Positions 41,133 through 52,900 are shown, counted from the stretch's first letter. The stretch is 64,000 nt of DNA from Campylobacterales bacterium (GCA_038205935.1 JBBRBK010000001.1:1-64000); one strand, 5' to 3'. The notes: generated by a model not told the origin, from the letters alone. Translations and numbers: made by a program.

Positions 41133-43042
41133 ATTCTTGCACTCTCTCGAAGCATATTATCCATCAAAGTAAATAGCTCTTTACTCGCGTGCTCCATCTC
41201 TTCAAAATTATTAAATATCTCTGTTCTATTGAGTAAGATATTTGCCGTAGGGTCCGTTGCATCTAAAAACTTCATATTTGTATTGGCATTTTTATGGACA
41301 GTTGCATGAGGTGATGTGAACTGTGCATATGTTGAAGTAGTTCCAAATCTATCTTTCCCCTCACCATCATACCATTTCCCTAAGCGACATCCATGATGAT
41401 CGACCACTGAAAGTACCTGTTTTGCTGTGACAATACTGTTATATGCTCTTGCTTTGTATAAAATGTGATCCATCTTAGCAAGTACGACAAAGATACTATT
41501 TTCCATTCCGTAAGAAGATTTCACAATTCCAGAAGAATTCTTACTAAGCTGTGTCAATATCTCTTCGAACTTATAAATTCTCTCTGTTGACTCTTCAACG
41601 ACGCTGTTCATAGCTTCGCTACTCATCTGAATATCACTCATTCCCTGTTGCAGAGTTTTTATGGAAACAGATATCTCACCAGTCGCTTTATGTGTACGTT
41701 CTGCCAGTTTTCTGACCTCATCAGCAACGACGGCAAAACCTCGGCCATGTTCTCCTGCACGCGCTGCTTCTATGGCTGCATTAAGAGCAAGAAGATTTGT
41801 CTGATCTGCAATATCTGTGATGAGCTCTATGACTGATGTGATATTTTCTGCCTGAGTCGCAAGATCATCTATGGCCCCCGTATTCACGCCTACTTGATCT
41901 TTGAGTGATTCAAGTTCACCGACAATAATATCAATGCTTTTTTTAGAATCAGTAGCCTGAGACTCAGCAGATCTTGTCGCGTTTGTAACACCTTTTAAAG
42001 CTTCTATATTTTTTGCCAGATCTTCTTGAATCAAAGTCATACTTTCAGTGACGCCCATACTAAATTGGCTTATCTCTGCATTGAAACTGTCTTGTTGCTT
42101 TTTGCCCTCTTGTGCTTGCATAGAATCTATACTCCCTTTTACAAGAGTGATTGCTGTAACAAATTCACCTTTCATAGCATTAGAATGGATTTCAACGTTA
42201 AAATCACCTTTGGATGCTTTTGAAATAGAGTGATTGATTTGATTTACAAAATCTTCAATCTGGTCAAGTAAAGACGATAAAGCAATTCCCATAACACCAA
42301 ATTCTGTATGCTCGTTTTTTTCAATTCCTTGATGCTGAAGATTACCCTCTGCTGCATGCTTCATCATATCTGTAAAATTTTTGATAACTCTTACTATGGA
42401 ACGCACAAGTAGTTGAGAAAAGATCAATACCATAAGACCAATAGAAAATCCAAGTATTAGTGCCGCATATTTGTAGATTGAAGTGCGCTCAGACATATCA
42501 TTGACCGCACTTTCAAGAGCTTTATGCTTCAGCTCGATCACTTTTGCAAACTTTGCTCTTGATGCTTCAGCAGGAGGAGTCAGCGTAGCTTTGTAGTTTT
42601 TATACAGTCCATCTTTGTCTTCACTAATCTGTTTTGGTGTTAATGATTTCATAAGGGTGAATGCATTATTTAAAAAGAACATTGCTGAGTTTTGAGAATC
42701 TTCTATGAGCTTACGCTCATTGTCATTCACAGCGGTTTCTTTTAACTTTTGAAAACTTTCAGAAACCTTTGCGACTCTTTCAGATATCTTTTCTATATCT
42801 TTGTCATAGTCACCACCGAGCATAATATCTCTGTCAAGTCTACTAACATAGTTCATATCTGCTTCAATAGAAAGCGTATACATCTCTCCAGCTACATACT
42901 TTGCTTTTAAGTCGCTAAACTGAGAATCTAGTTTACTTAATACTAGATACACAAAAACCGATCCTGTAAATATTGATAGAGTAACAAATATAAGAAGATA
43001 ATTCATCTTCTTATGGATACTCGTATTTTTCATAAATTCCAT
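41123..43042 (-). CDS. Methyl-accepting chemotaxis protein with periplasmic sensor and C-terminal CZB domain
   Basis: Two transmembrane segments; [41 protein letters not shown] ligands in DHILYK...[10 protein letters not shown]...HATVH. Confidence 0.93.
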   Translation of the reverse strand: MEFMKNTSIHKKMNYLLIFVTLSIFTGSVFVYLVLSKLDSQFSDLKAKYVAGEMYTLSIEADMNYVSRLDRDIMLGGDYDKDIEKISERVAKVSESFQKLKETAVNDNERKLIEDSQNSAMFFLNNAFTLMKSLTPKQISEDKDGLYKNYKATLTPPAEASRAKFAKVIELKHKALESAVNDMSERTSIYKYAALILGFSIGLMVLIFSQLLVRSIVRVIKNFTDMMKHAAEGNLQHQGIEKNEHTEFGVMGIALSSLLDQIEDFVNQINHSISKASKGDFNVEIHSNAMKGEFVTAITLVKGSIDSMQAQEGKKQQDSFNAEISQFSMGVTESMTLIQEDLAKNIEALKGVTNATRSAESQATDSKKSIDIIVGELESLKDQVGVNTGAIDDLATQAENITSVIELITDIADQTNLLALNAAIEAARAGEHGRGFAVVADEVRKLAERTHKATGEISVSIKTLQQGMSDIQMSSEAMNSVVEESTERIYKFEEILTQLSKNSSGIVKSSYGMENSIFVVLAKMDHILYKARAYNSIVTAKQVLSVVDHHGCRLGKWYDGEGKDRFGTTSTYAQFTSPHATVHKNANTNMKFLDATDPTANILLNRTEIFNNFEEMEHASKELFTLMDNMLRESARINS

Positions 43043-43114
43043 AAATTACCTTTTTATCACATTTCTTTATTCGCTAAATTCTATCATAAATTCTTATAAA
43101 TCTATACTCAAAAG

Positions 43115-43474
43115 CTACCACTCATTAAACTTTTCTGTTTTATGTTTATCTTTTTTATATTTTCTATTATTTTTAGTTTTCTCAAGTTTATTAGACTTAT
43201 AAAGAATATCACATTTTATATCTTCGATCAGATTATCACTGTCTGCTTTTGCAATGATCTCTTTGACTAAAGCTTCCAAATCACTAAACTCACCTTTATA
43301 CAGAGCGACGCTTTGCGTTTTTTGAAAGTATTTGAGATTATTTTCTATCTTTTTGTTATATCCTTCTTTGCTTATCCCCTCAGGAATAGAAAGATAAGAG
43401 ATAACACTTCTCAAAAATCTCTCAAGAACACGAATATATTTTAACCTTACAGCGGAGTCTATTTTATTTGACAT
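43115..43474 (-). CDS. Hypothetical basic protein
   Basis: 119-codon ORF with RBS-like AGGT; K-rich C-terminus (YKKDKHK). Confidence 0.7.
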   Translation of the reverse strand: MSNKIDSAVRLKYIRVLERFLRSVISYLSIPEGISKEGYNKKIENNLKYFQKTQSVALYKGEFSDLEALVKEIIAKADSDNLIEDIKCDILYKSNKLEKTKNNRKYKKDKHKTEKFNEW

Positions 43475-43538
43475 TGTTTACCTGATTGTTAGTTTATGAA
43501 AGTATAATTATATACTAATTACCCACAGGACACATTAT

Positions 43539-43934
43539 ATGAAAAAACTTCTTCTCTTGCTTGCATTTCTTGTCACTTCATTGTTTGCAGAAGTAACAAA
43601 CATCTACCCAGATGCTGCCTTTTTAAGCAAAAAAATTCCCGTCGTAGACATTCGTACTGAGCCGGAGTGGAAAGAAACAGGTCTTCTTAAAGGTGCTATT
43701 CCTATCACTTTCTTTGATGAAAAAGGGGGCTACAACATCCCACTTTTTCTCAAAACACTCTCAGAGAAAGTCGATGTAAAAAAACCATTCGCTCTTATCT
43801 GCCATACTGGAAGTAGAACAAAAATGGTCTCAGCATTTTTATCACAAAAGTTGGGTTACAATGTTTATGACCTTAATGGCGGTATGTTGTACATTATGGG
43901 TAAAAAACTCCCGATTATTTCATACAAAAAATAG
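43539..43934 (+). CDS. Exported rhodanese-like domain protein
   Basis: Signal peptide MKKLLLLLAFLVTSLFA; VDIRTEPEWKETG, CHTGSRT active-site loop and LNGGM. Confidence 0.87.
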   Translation: MKKLLLLLAFLVTSLFAEVTNIYPDAAFLSKKIPVVDIRTEPEWKETGLLKGAIPITFFDEKGGYNIPLFLKTLSEKVDVKKPFALICHTGSRTKMVSAFLSQKLGYNVYDLNGGMLYIMGKKLPIISYKK

Positions 43935-43948
43935 TTATTACAGCTCTA

Positions 43949-43965
43949 TTGGCATAAAACTTGCT
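43949..43965 (+). promoter_or_regulatory. sigma54 (RpoN) -24/-12 promoter of the diguanylate cyclase gene
   Basis: TTGGCATAAAACTTGCT: GG(43951-43952)-N10-GC(43963-43964), about 40 nt before the TTG start, with an AAGGGA RBS. Confidence 0.7.
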
Positions 43966-44006
43966 ATCTTCTCTCATACTGTAGAAGATAGCGACAAGGG
44001 AAATAT

Positions 44007-45230
44007 TTGAAATTTATAGATGCTCTACGCCTTAAAAGTAAGCTCTTTATCCTCTTCATTCTCATCACGCTTGGTCTTTTCATCATAGGCGTGCTTGGAA
44101 CACTCAATCTTATCTCTATGAAGAAAAAGATCGATGCTCTTTATTTTGGTTCTTTTATCACAGTTGTGACTCTTGATGAGATATTAAATGCATATGATGT
44201 AGATATCCAGAGAAATCTTACTCTTGCGAAAGAGAATCTATTAAGCTCACAAGAAGCGATAGACGCCGTCGATAATGCACTTACCAATATTGATAAACAT
44301 TGGAGTGATTATCATAACCATTACAAAACATCAAAAGAACGCCCATTTGTTACTTACGCGACTAAAGAGATCATAGATACTAAACTCTTTTTAGGCCAGT
44401 TTCATCAGGCCTGCCAAAATGGCTGTAATATGAGCAATCTCTCGATAGAGACCTTAAATTCTCACATCGAGCATATCCATACAATAATTGCAGAACTAAG
44501 ATCATATGAGATCCAACGGGCGCAGTACCAAAGACAAGAGCTCATCGATTCATACCATGAAACTCAGATCAAACTTGGGCTTATCCTCATTTTAGTCAGC
44601 GGTGGGGTTCTACTCATTTTATATATTGTTTTTAAGAGTATTCAAAAAGACCAATCAGATCTTGAGAGTGTTTCAAAAAAACTCCAAATAGCAAATAAAA
44701 AACTCGAAAATGCTTCCTATACGGATTCTCTCACAAATCTTTACAACAGGCGCTACTTTAACATTGTCCTAGATAGAGAGATAAAACGAGCAAAACGAGC
44801 AAAAAGTGAGATAACTTTTATGATGCTCGATGTAGATTTTTTCAAACAATATAATGACACTTACGGGCATATTGAAGGAGACAAAGCACTTATACATGTA
44901 GCAAAGAGTTTACGCTCAGTACTCAAGCGTCCAGGTGACTTTGTCTTTAGACTCGGAGGTGAAGAGTTTGGTGTATTTTTGACCGATACTGGTGCGCAAG
45001 ATGCCCAAGCTCTCGCAGGCAAGATTTGTCATTCTCTTGAAGAGGAAAAGATCCCGCATGCGGGCAACAAAGCAAGCGCATATCTTACAATCTCTATCGG
45101 CGCTGTTTCCTGTGTCGCAGATGAAACTTTAGATGAAGAAGAGATCCTAAAACAAGCAGATAAGAAACTCTATGAAGCAAAAGAAAATGGAAGAAATAGA
45201 GTTGAGTTTAGTTATGGGGTTTTGGGTTAG
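44007..45230 (+). CDS. Membrane diguanylate cyclase (periplasmic helical sensor + GGDEF)
   Basis: Two transmembrane segments; DSLTNLYNRR, DVDFFKQYNDTYGH, RPGD I-site and GGEEF. Confidence 0.92.
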   Translation: MKFIDALRLKSKLFILFILITLGLFIIGVLGTLNLISMKKKIDALYFGSFITVVTLDEILNAYDVDIQRNLTLAKENLLSSQEAIDAVDNALTNIDKHWSDYHNHYKTSKERPFVTYATKEIIDTKLFLGQFHQACQNGCNMSNLSIETLNSHIEHIHTIIAELRSYEIQRAQYQRQELIDSYHETQIKLGLILILVSGGVLLILYIVFKSIQKDQSDLESVSKKLQIANKKLENASYTDSLTNLYNRRYFNIVLDREIKRAKRAKSEITFMMLDVDFFKQYNDTYGHIEGDKALIHVAKSLRSVLKRPGDFVFRLGGEEFGVFLTDTGAQDAQALAGKICHSLEEEKIPHAGNKASAYLTISIGAVSCVADETLDEEEILKQADKKLYEAKENGRNRVEFSYGVLG

Positions 45231-45496
45231 TACACATCTTTTCTTTTTCCAATTCGTAATATTAGTAAGATTATTTCTTCATTTTCAATACGAAATATTG
45301 CTCTGATCTTTCTTGCAATTACAAACCTGTATTGGCCTTCAAATTTTGTACCTTTGAGTTCTTTGATTTTCTTACTTAATTTTAGGCTTTCAAAATTTTC
45401 TGCAAGATATACTATCTTTTTTGCGATAAGTATTTTTTCTGCTTGATTGAATTCTTTGAGATCTTTTACAGACTGCTCCGAATATCTAATATTCAT
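45227..45496 (-). CDS. Type II toxin, RelE/ParE family
   Basis: 89 aa, basic; IRYSEQSVKDL...LKG...YRF...RAIF...IGKRKDVY RelE pattern. Confidence 0.85.
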   Translation of the reverse strand: MNIRYSEQSVKDLKEFNQAEKILIAKKIVYLAENFESLKLSKKIKELKGTKFEGQYRFVIARKIRAIFRIENEEIILLILRIGKRKDVY

Positions 45497-45726
45497 ATTT
45501 CTATGCCAAGTTCTTTATATACTTCCTCTGCACTATATGTTTTCATCTTAGCACTTTTTATATCTTCGGTTATCTTATCTGCAACAAGACCATCAGTATA
45601 ATCAAAATAAAAGTCAAGAGCAGACTCAACAATCTCTTTTTGTGTTTTATGCAATGACGAAGCAACTATTTCTAACTCTCTTGCTACTCTTTCATCAAGA
45701 GAAAAAAGTTTTTTTACTGTTGACAT
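45493..45726 (-). CDS. Cognate antitoxin (ribbon-helix-helix-like)
   Basis: 77 aa; overlaps the toxin start (ATGA); C-terminal YSAEEVYKELGI typical of RelB-type antitoxins. Confidence 0.8.
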   Translation of the reverse strand: MSTVKKLFSLDERVARELEIVASSLHKTQKEIVESALDFYFDYTDGLVADKITEDIKSAKMKTYSAEEVYKELGIEI

Positions 45727-45735
45727 ATCTATTCC

Positions 45736-45784
45736 TATATCTAATTAGATATATCATTATAGTTATATTTTAAATTTGTGTCAA
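45736..45784 (-). promoter_or_regulatory. relBE-type promoter with palindromic operator
   Basis: Minus-strand TTGACA-N17-TATAAT (45784-45756); perfect 18-bp palindrome TATATCTAATTAGATATA at 45736-45753 over the expected start site. Confidence 0.8.
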
Positions 45785-45814
45785 GTCAGAACGGTTGAAG
45801 TGTTTTAAGAGGGA

Positions 45815-45832
45815 TTCGCCCGCGAGGGCGAA
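45815..45832 (-). terminator. GC-rich hairpin downstream of the porin gene
   Basis: TTCGCCC-GCGA-GGGCGAA, 7-bp stem; U-tract weak. Confidence 0.6.
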
Positions 45833-45855
45833 AGGAGTTTAACTAAAAGCTTGTA

Positions 45856-47199
45856 TTAGAAGTTTAGAGTTAAGTATGCTTGGATTTCATTTGAATCAAA
45901 ATTCTTTGTTGTAGCAGTATTATTGTTAAATGATGTACTAATGTATGCTAAAGTAGCATCAAGTGGTCCGAATTTTTTGCCAGCAGTTACCGCAACTTCT
46001 GTCATATCTTGACCTTGACGTTTTTGATCTACTGAAGTGATGTAAAGACCAGCGTCAAATAAACCAGCTACTGGAGATGTAACTTCTGCATGCCAAGTTG
46101 ATGCACCAATAGCAGTTGCTTGACCGTAGTTCCACCATGCTTCAGTATAAAGTTTAGATTGTCCTGAACTTGTTGCAGTGTTTGCAGCACCAACCACACC
46201 TTGATCAGCTACAGAAGAGTAAGCAACTTTCGCAGCAAACATATCTTTAACAGCATAACCAAGCTCTACTGCTGTAGTTTTTGATGCAACAGTACCTGGA
46301 GCAGCATCAGAAGCATCAAGATTTACATATTGGATACCAGCACTTAGACCAGTAACACCAAGAGTCGTAGTATCTAAATCAGCTTGTAACCAGAAAGCTT
46401 GAGCAACTTTAGAAACATCATAGTACCATGCTTGAGCAGTTAATGGTTTCCAAGAGTTGTTGATTATACCATAAGCGTATGCACCATCTTTACCATAAGT
46501 TGTAAAGTTACCATTTTGATTAACAACTGCACCAACAGCTAAATTATTAGCTATTACAGTTCCATTTACATCTTGACCGTATTTTTCAGTACCATTACCA
46601 TTACCAACATAAGCAGCAACGATTGTAGTATCAGGAATATCTTGGTTAAGTAAAACTGCACCTTCAAATGTATTTTTTTCAATTGACCATTTTTCAGTAA
46701 ATGCAAGTGGAGTATCTAATTCCATACGACCAACTTTAACAGTTGATTTTGTAAGTTGATTTAAAGAAAGAGCAACCCATGCTTCATTCATCCAGCTTGC
46801 ATTTTCAACTTTAGCACCCTTAAATGGAGATGAAGCATAACTAGCGCCTGTATTTGCAGTAGCACCGTGTGAACTTCCCCATACGTTACTTACTAAGTTA
46901 TTTTCTAAACCCAAAGTAGAAAGTGCAGTATAACCAGCGCCAGCGCTTACAGTTACTAAACTGTTTTTTGCTAAATCAGCAGAGATGTTAAGGTTTAAAC
47001 CAGCATCAGCAGCAGAAGAATCTTTACTAAAAAGAGTACCGCTTCCAGTATTGCCTTTGATGACGTTCGTAGTTTGACCTTTTGCATCACTCGTGCTATA
47101 GAAAACCTGTGCGTTCCCACTTACTTTAACATTGTCGATTGCGAATGCAGATGCACCTACTAGTACCGCTGCCGCAAGACTCATTTTAACTATTTTCAT
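45856..47199 (-). CDS. Major outer membrane porin (Campylobacterota MOMP/OprD-like)
   Basis: MKIVKMSLAAAVL signal peptide; KVGRMELDTPL motif; beta-strand pattern; C-terminal YLTLNF; strong AAGGAG RBS. Confidence 0.85.
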   Translation of the reverse strand: MKIVKMSLAAAVLVGASAFAIDNVKVSGNAQVFYSTSDAKGQTTNVIKGNTGSGTLFSKDSSAADAGLNLNISADLAKNSLVTVSAGAGYTALSTLGLENNLVSNVWGSSHGATANTGASYASSPFKGAKVENASWMNEAWVALSLNQLTKSTVKVGRMELDTPLAFTEKWSIEKNTFEGAVLLNQDIPDTTIVAAYVGNGNGTEKYGQDVNGTVIANNLAVGAVVNQNGNFTTYGKDGAYAYGIINNSWKPLTAQAWYYDVSKVAQAFWLQADLDTTTLGVTGLSAGIQYVNLDASDAAPGTVASKTTAVELGYAVKDMFAAKVAYSSVADQGVVGAANTATSSGQSKLYTEAWWNYGQATAIGASTWHAEVTSPVAGLFDAGLYITSVDQKRQGQDMTEVAVTAGKKFGPLDATLAYISTSFNNNTATTKNFDSNEIQAYLTLNF

Positions 47200-47430
47200 T
47201 CATTCTCCTTAAATAAGCTTTGACTTATTTTAATTTTTGTCGGAGCAATTGTATCACACATTTCTTAAAAATTTCTGTAAATTTATTTGATTATTATTAT
47301 CAATAAAGCCCCTATTTATAGGCTTGCATCACATATTTATCACATTCTAAAAGTGCTATTATTGCATAACAGTAAAAATTTGTTATACTTGTGAAATGTT
47401 TAAAATATATTTAAGTTTATAGGAGCAAAA

Positions 47431-47859
47431 ATGAGATTTTTAGGAACACTCGGGCTGTTTACATATGTAACACTCACAATGAGCGGATGTAGCGGGCACA
47501 CCATGCAAGACTATGCAGACAAGAAGTTTAACCACAAAGATGAAGGTAAAACCCTCGAGGTCAAAAAAGAGGAGAGAGTGTCTCCGACAAAAAATGAAGC
47601 ACTGAGTAAAGTTTCTCCATTAAATGATGGAAGAACAGATGGAGCAATGCAAAGTTCTCTCGATAACTGGCTTGGAAGTGTCTGGACACCGACAGTGGAT
47701 AAAAATGAAACGATCAAAAAAATGGATGAAAATGAGAGCAGAAACTTCACTCTTCAAGAGTATGTAGATAAAGCCGTAGCGTACAGCAAAAACAAGCCAG
47801 ACTCAAATGAGTCTTCGATGAAAGATAAAATGGACAAGATGCCAGCTATCGGGAAGTAG
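47431..47859 (+). CDS. Hypothetical lipoprotein
   Basis: AGGAG RBS; lipobox MSGC at residues 17-20. Confidence 0.75.
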   Translation: MRFLGTLGLFTYVTLTMSGCSGHTMQDYADKKFNHKDEGKTLEVKKEERVSPTKNEALSKVSPLNDGRTDGAMQSSLDNWLGSVWTPTVDKNETIKKMDENESRNFTLQEYVDKAVAYSKNKPDSNESSMKDKMDKMPAIGK

Positions 47860-47873
47860 AGGATTATTTGGCT

Positions 47874-48206
47874 TTAATCGATAATACTATCGATAATGCC
47901 AATAATCTTACCTAATGTTTCTTCATCTGCTTTTTCTATAAATTTGACACTTCGCGCATTATAGTCTATGGATTTCATCTGCTCTACCATTATAAAACCT
48001 GTTATATTTTCACTTTTGACTTCTATATGAAAAGGGAAATCTCTTTTTGTGTTTGTAATGGGACAGGCGAAGGCAAGACCTAAATGTTTGTTAAAAACAT
48101 GATTACTTATGATAATGGCAGGTCTTCTACCTTGAAGTTCATGTCCACTTTGCGGATCAAAGTTTAATGTGACTATATCGCCTTGAGATGGGATATATTT
48201 TACCAT
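47874..48206 (-). CDS. Type II toxin, MazF/PemK family endoribonuclease
   Basis: YIPSQGDIV..NFDPQSGHE..GRRPAIIIS...ACPIT...EQMKSIDY pattern. Confidence 0.92.
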   Translation of the reverse strand: MVKYIPSQGDIVTLNFDPQSGHELQGRRPAIIISNHVFNKHLGLAFACPITNTKRDFPFHIEVKSENITGFIMVEQMKSIDYNARSVKFIEKADEETLGKIIGIIDSIID

Positions 48207-48445
48207 TCTTCAAGTCCTGCTTTTTCATCAAACTCTTCAAATGCTTTGTAATCACTTGGAATTTGCTTTACTAAATCATTTATATCGTAACTATGTTTTT
48301 TTGTTTTGATGGGTTCTAGTATTATTTTTTTATTTTCGATAAAAATATTTACCTTATCCCCGATGGACAGGTGAAGTTCACGCATGATATCTTTAGGAAA
48401 TCTGAGTCCTTGAGAATTTCCCCAGTTAGAAATAGTAGCCGTCAT
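48200..48445 (-). CDS. Antitoxin, AbrB/MazE family
   Basis: WGNSQGLRFPK motif; ends GLEEW; overlaps the toxin start. Confidence 0.92.
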   Translation of the reverse strand: MTATISNWGNSQGLRFPKDIMRELHLSIGDKVNIFIENKKIILEPIKTKKHSYDINDLVKQIPSDYKAFEEFDEKAGLEEW

Positions 48446-48461
48446 GATATCTCCTTATAAT

Positions 48462-48501
48462 GTATATCCAGAGTATATCATAATGCTAAATTTGATGTCA
48501 A
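48462..48501 (-). promoter_or_regulatory. mazEF-type promoter with tandem operator boxes
   Basis: Minus-strand TTGACA-N18-TATACT with TGn extension; GTATATC repeated at 48462 and 48473 (11-bp period) over the -10 and start site. Confidence 0.65.
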
Positions 48502-48510
48502 TGAGAAATG

Positions 48511-50061
<1,551 letters not shown>

Positions 50062-50065
<4 letters not shown>

Positions 50066-51267
50066 TCTTCTATCACCGGTTTAACCAAAGGCTGAACTCC
50101 TGGAAGTATTTTTCCCTCAAGAAGTTCAAGTGATGCACCGCCTCCTGTTGAGATAAAGGTCATCTCTTCATCAAGACCAATGCGTTGTACTAAGTCTGCT
50201 GTATCTCCGCCACCAACCACAGTCGTCGCATAACTGTCTGCAACATAATGAGCAAGTTTTGTAGAACCACGTGAAAAACGCTCCATCTCGTACACACCCA
50301 TCGGACCATTCCAAAGAACAGTTTGAACATTTGTTAGTGCTTCTTGGTAAAGTCGCACTGTTGCGGGTCCGATATCTAAGCCCATCCAACCATCTGGAAT
50401 CTCTTGCGCTGTAACAGCCTTACTTACCGCCTCAGCATCGAATTTTTCTGCAGCAATAACATCTACTGGAAGATAAAATTTCACTCCAAGTTTTTTCGCT
50501 TCATCCATAATCCGTCCAGCTTCATCTAGTAAATCATCTTCAACAAGTGAAGCTCCGATGTTGTAACCTAGTTTTTTTAAGAAAGTAAAAGCCATACCAC
50601 CGCCGATAATGACTTTATCAACGCGAGGAAGTAAGTTTACAAGCGCTTCGAGTTTTCCTGAAACCTTGCTTCCGCCCACAATCGCCACAAACGGACGAGC
50701 AGGTTTTTTCATCAGTGTTGCGAAAAACTGAATCTCTTTCTGGAGTAAAAATCCAGCCGCTTTCGAGTTCTCGTCAAAAAAGTGAGTGATACCTTCAACC
50801 GAAGCATGCGCACGATGAGAAACTCCAAAAGCGTCATTAATATAAATATCTGCCATTGATGCTAGTTTCTTTGAAAAATCTTGATCATTTTTTGTCTCAC
50901 CAGCTTCAAAACGAAGATTTTCAAGAAGTAAAACTTCTCCATTTTTCAGCTCTTTTGCTTTTTGCATCGCGTCTTCGCCAACAACATCTGCGGCTAAAAT
51001 AATCTCTCTTTTTAAAAGAAGATGTAAACGTCTTTGCACTGGAGCAAGAGAGTACTTTACATCAAATTCTCCTTCCGGTCGACCAAAATGTGACGCCAAA
51101 ATAACAGAACAATCCTGATCTAGACAGTAGTTGATCGTAGCAATCGCTGAGCGAATACGGCGATCGTCTGTGATGTTGTTGTACTCATCAGTGGGAACAT
51201 TAAAATCACAACGGATAAACACTTTTTTATCTGCTAAATCTAACTCTTTTATACTATATAACTGCAT
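50062..51267 (-). CDS. pgk: Phosphoglycerate kinase
   Basis: [20 protein letters not shown] and [13 protein letters not shown] motifs. Confidence 0.98.
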
Positions 51268-51279
51268 TAAACCATCCTC

Positions 51280-52281
51280 TTATTTACTGATGTGAAGTGC
51301 CATGTCGATAAGGCGAGAAGAGTATCCCCATTCATTATCGTACCAAGCCATAACTTTTACCATATTACCACCGATCACCTGTGTCAAATCATCCGCAACA
51401 ATAGCGCTATATGAAGAACCTACAAAGTCCTGAGAAACACGCATCTGTTCATCTACAAGTAAAAGACCTTTAAGATACGATGCCGCTTTCTCTTTGAAAA
51501 GTGCGCTGATCTCTTCTTTAGAAGTGTCACGTCCTACGAGAACATTTAAGTCGACCATAGAAACGTCCGGAGTCGGAACACGTACGCTTTGCCCGTGAAG
51601 CTTACCGATGAGCTGAGGAAGAACAAGACCGATCGCTTTTGCCGCACCTGTCGTTGTCGGGATCATATTTACAGCACCAGCGCGTGCACGGCGCTTGTCT
51701 TTAGAGTGTTTTACGTCTAAAATATTTTGATCATTTGTATAAGAGTGAATAGTCGTCATCAAACCTTTTTCGATCCCAAATGCATCATCCAAAACTTTAG
51801 CCACAGGACCGAGGCAGTTTGTCGTACATGAAGCGTTTGAAACGATGCGCTGTCCGTCGTATTGTGTTTCATTGACGCCCATAACAAAAGTAGGTGTATC
51901 CTTATCATTTGCCGGAGCTGAAAAAAGTACTTTTTCGATCCCGTTTTTGATATGAATCTGAGCACTTTCCTGAGTTAAAAACATACCCGTACATTCAAAA
52001 ACGATATCAGCACCACAAGATGCAAAGTCAAGATTTTTCGGATCTCTGTCGCAAAAAATTTTTACTTTATCGTTACCGATTTTAAGATAATTATCTTCTA
52101 AAACCTCAACATCTTCTCCAAAATTTCCATGAACTGAGTCATTATTTAAAAGATATACCATCATATCCAGACTTGCCGTATCGTTTATGGCGACGATCTC
52201 GACGTCACTACGCCCTGAAGCGATGCGAGTCACACAACGTCCAATACGTCCAAATCCATTAATTGCTATCTTTAGTGACAT
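51280..52281 (-). CDS. gap: Type I glyceraldehyde-3-phosphate dehydrogenase
   Basis: INGFGRIGR, SNASCTTNCL and WYDNEWGYS motifs. Confidence 0.98.
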   Translation of the reverse strand: MSLKIAINGFGRIGRCVTRIASGRSDVEIVAINDTASLDMMVYLLNNDSVHGNFGEDVEVLEDNYLKIGNDKVKIFCDRDPKNLDFASCGADIVFECTGMFLTQESAQIHIKNGIEKVLFSAPANDKDTPTFVMGVNETQYDGQRIVSNASCTTNCLGPVAKVLDDAFGIEKGLMTTIHSYTNDQNILDVKHSKDKRRARAGAVNMIPTTTGAAKAIGLVLPQLIGKLHGQSVRVPTPDVSMVDLNVLVGRDTSKEEISALFKEKAASYLKGLLLVDEQMRVSQDFVGSSYSAIVADDLTQVIGGNMVKVMAWYDNEWGYSSRLIDMALHISK

Positions 52282-52351
52282 ATTTATTCCTTACTTACTA
52301 AGCGTTAAAAATTGGGTTATTTTAGCAAATTTTTGCTATAATTTTATTTAA

Positions 52352-52900
52352 ATGAAAACTATTGCTCTTTTTGGCGGCTCTTTTGATCCGCCTCATCTAG
52401 GCCACAAAGCTGTTGTTGATGCCGTTTTATCGACTTTGGATGTTGATAAAGTCATAGTGATGCCCGCGTTTTTGAACCCTTTTAAAAGAGAAGTTTATGC
52501 ACCGCCTGAGCTTCGTTTGAAATGGCTGAAAAAGATCTTTTCTTCATATAAAAACGTAGAAGTGGATGATTTTGAGCTTACATGTAAGCAAAAAGTACCG
52601 AGCTTAACAACGGTGCAACATTTACAAAAAAAGTATGACAAGATCTATCTTGTCATTGGCGCTGATAATCTCAAATCCCTAGACAAATGGTTTGGTTATG
52701 ACGAGCTCAAAACGCTTGTAACTTTTGTTGTGGCAACGCGGGATAACGAGCAGATACCTCGTGAGTATATCTCCTTACATGTAAGCGAGCCGATAAGCTC
52801 TACGGGTTTACGAGAAGATATCAAAAAAGAGTTTTTACCCGCATCTGTTGCAGGTGAAATTGAAAAATTTTATAAGGAAATACATTGGAAAAAAGATTAG
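52352..52900 (+). CDS. nadD: Nicotinate-nucleotide adenylyltransferase
   Basis: GGSFDPPHLGH, IGADN and ISST motifs. Confidence 0.94.
   Translation: MKTIALFGGSFDPPHLGHKAVVDAVLSTLDVDKVIVMPAFLNPFKREVYAPPELRLKWLKKIFSSYKNVEVDDFELTCKQKVPSLTTVQHLQKKYDKIYLVIGADNLKSLDKWFGYDELKTLVTFVVATRDNEQIPREYISLHVSEPISSTGLREDIKKEFLPASVAGEIEKFYKEIHWKKD

Noticed and set aside
38598..48510. Integrated genomic island at tRNA-Glu
   Set aside because: No integrase and no duplicated tRNA 3' end was found. The block includes a probable core porin and palindrome-bearing genes, so it looks like a variable region rather than one element.
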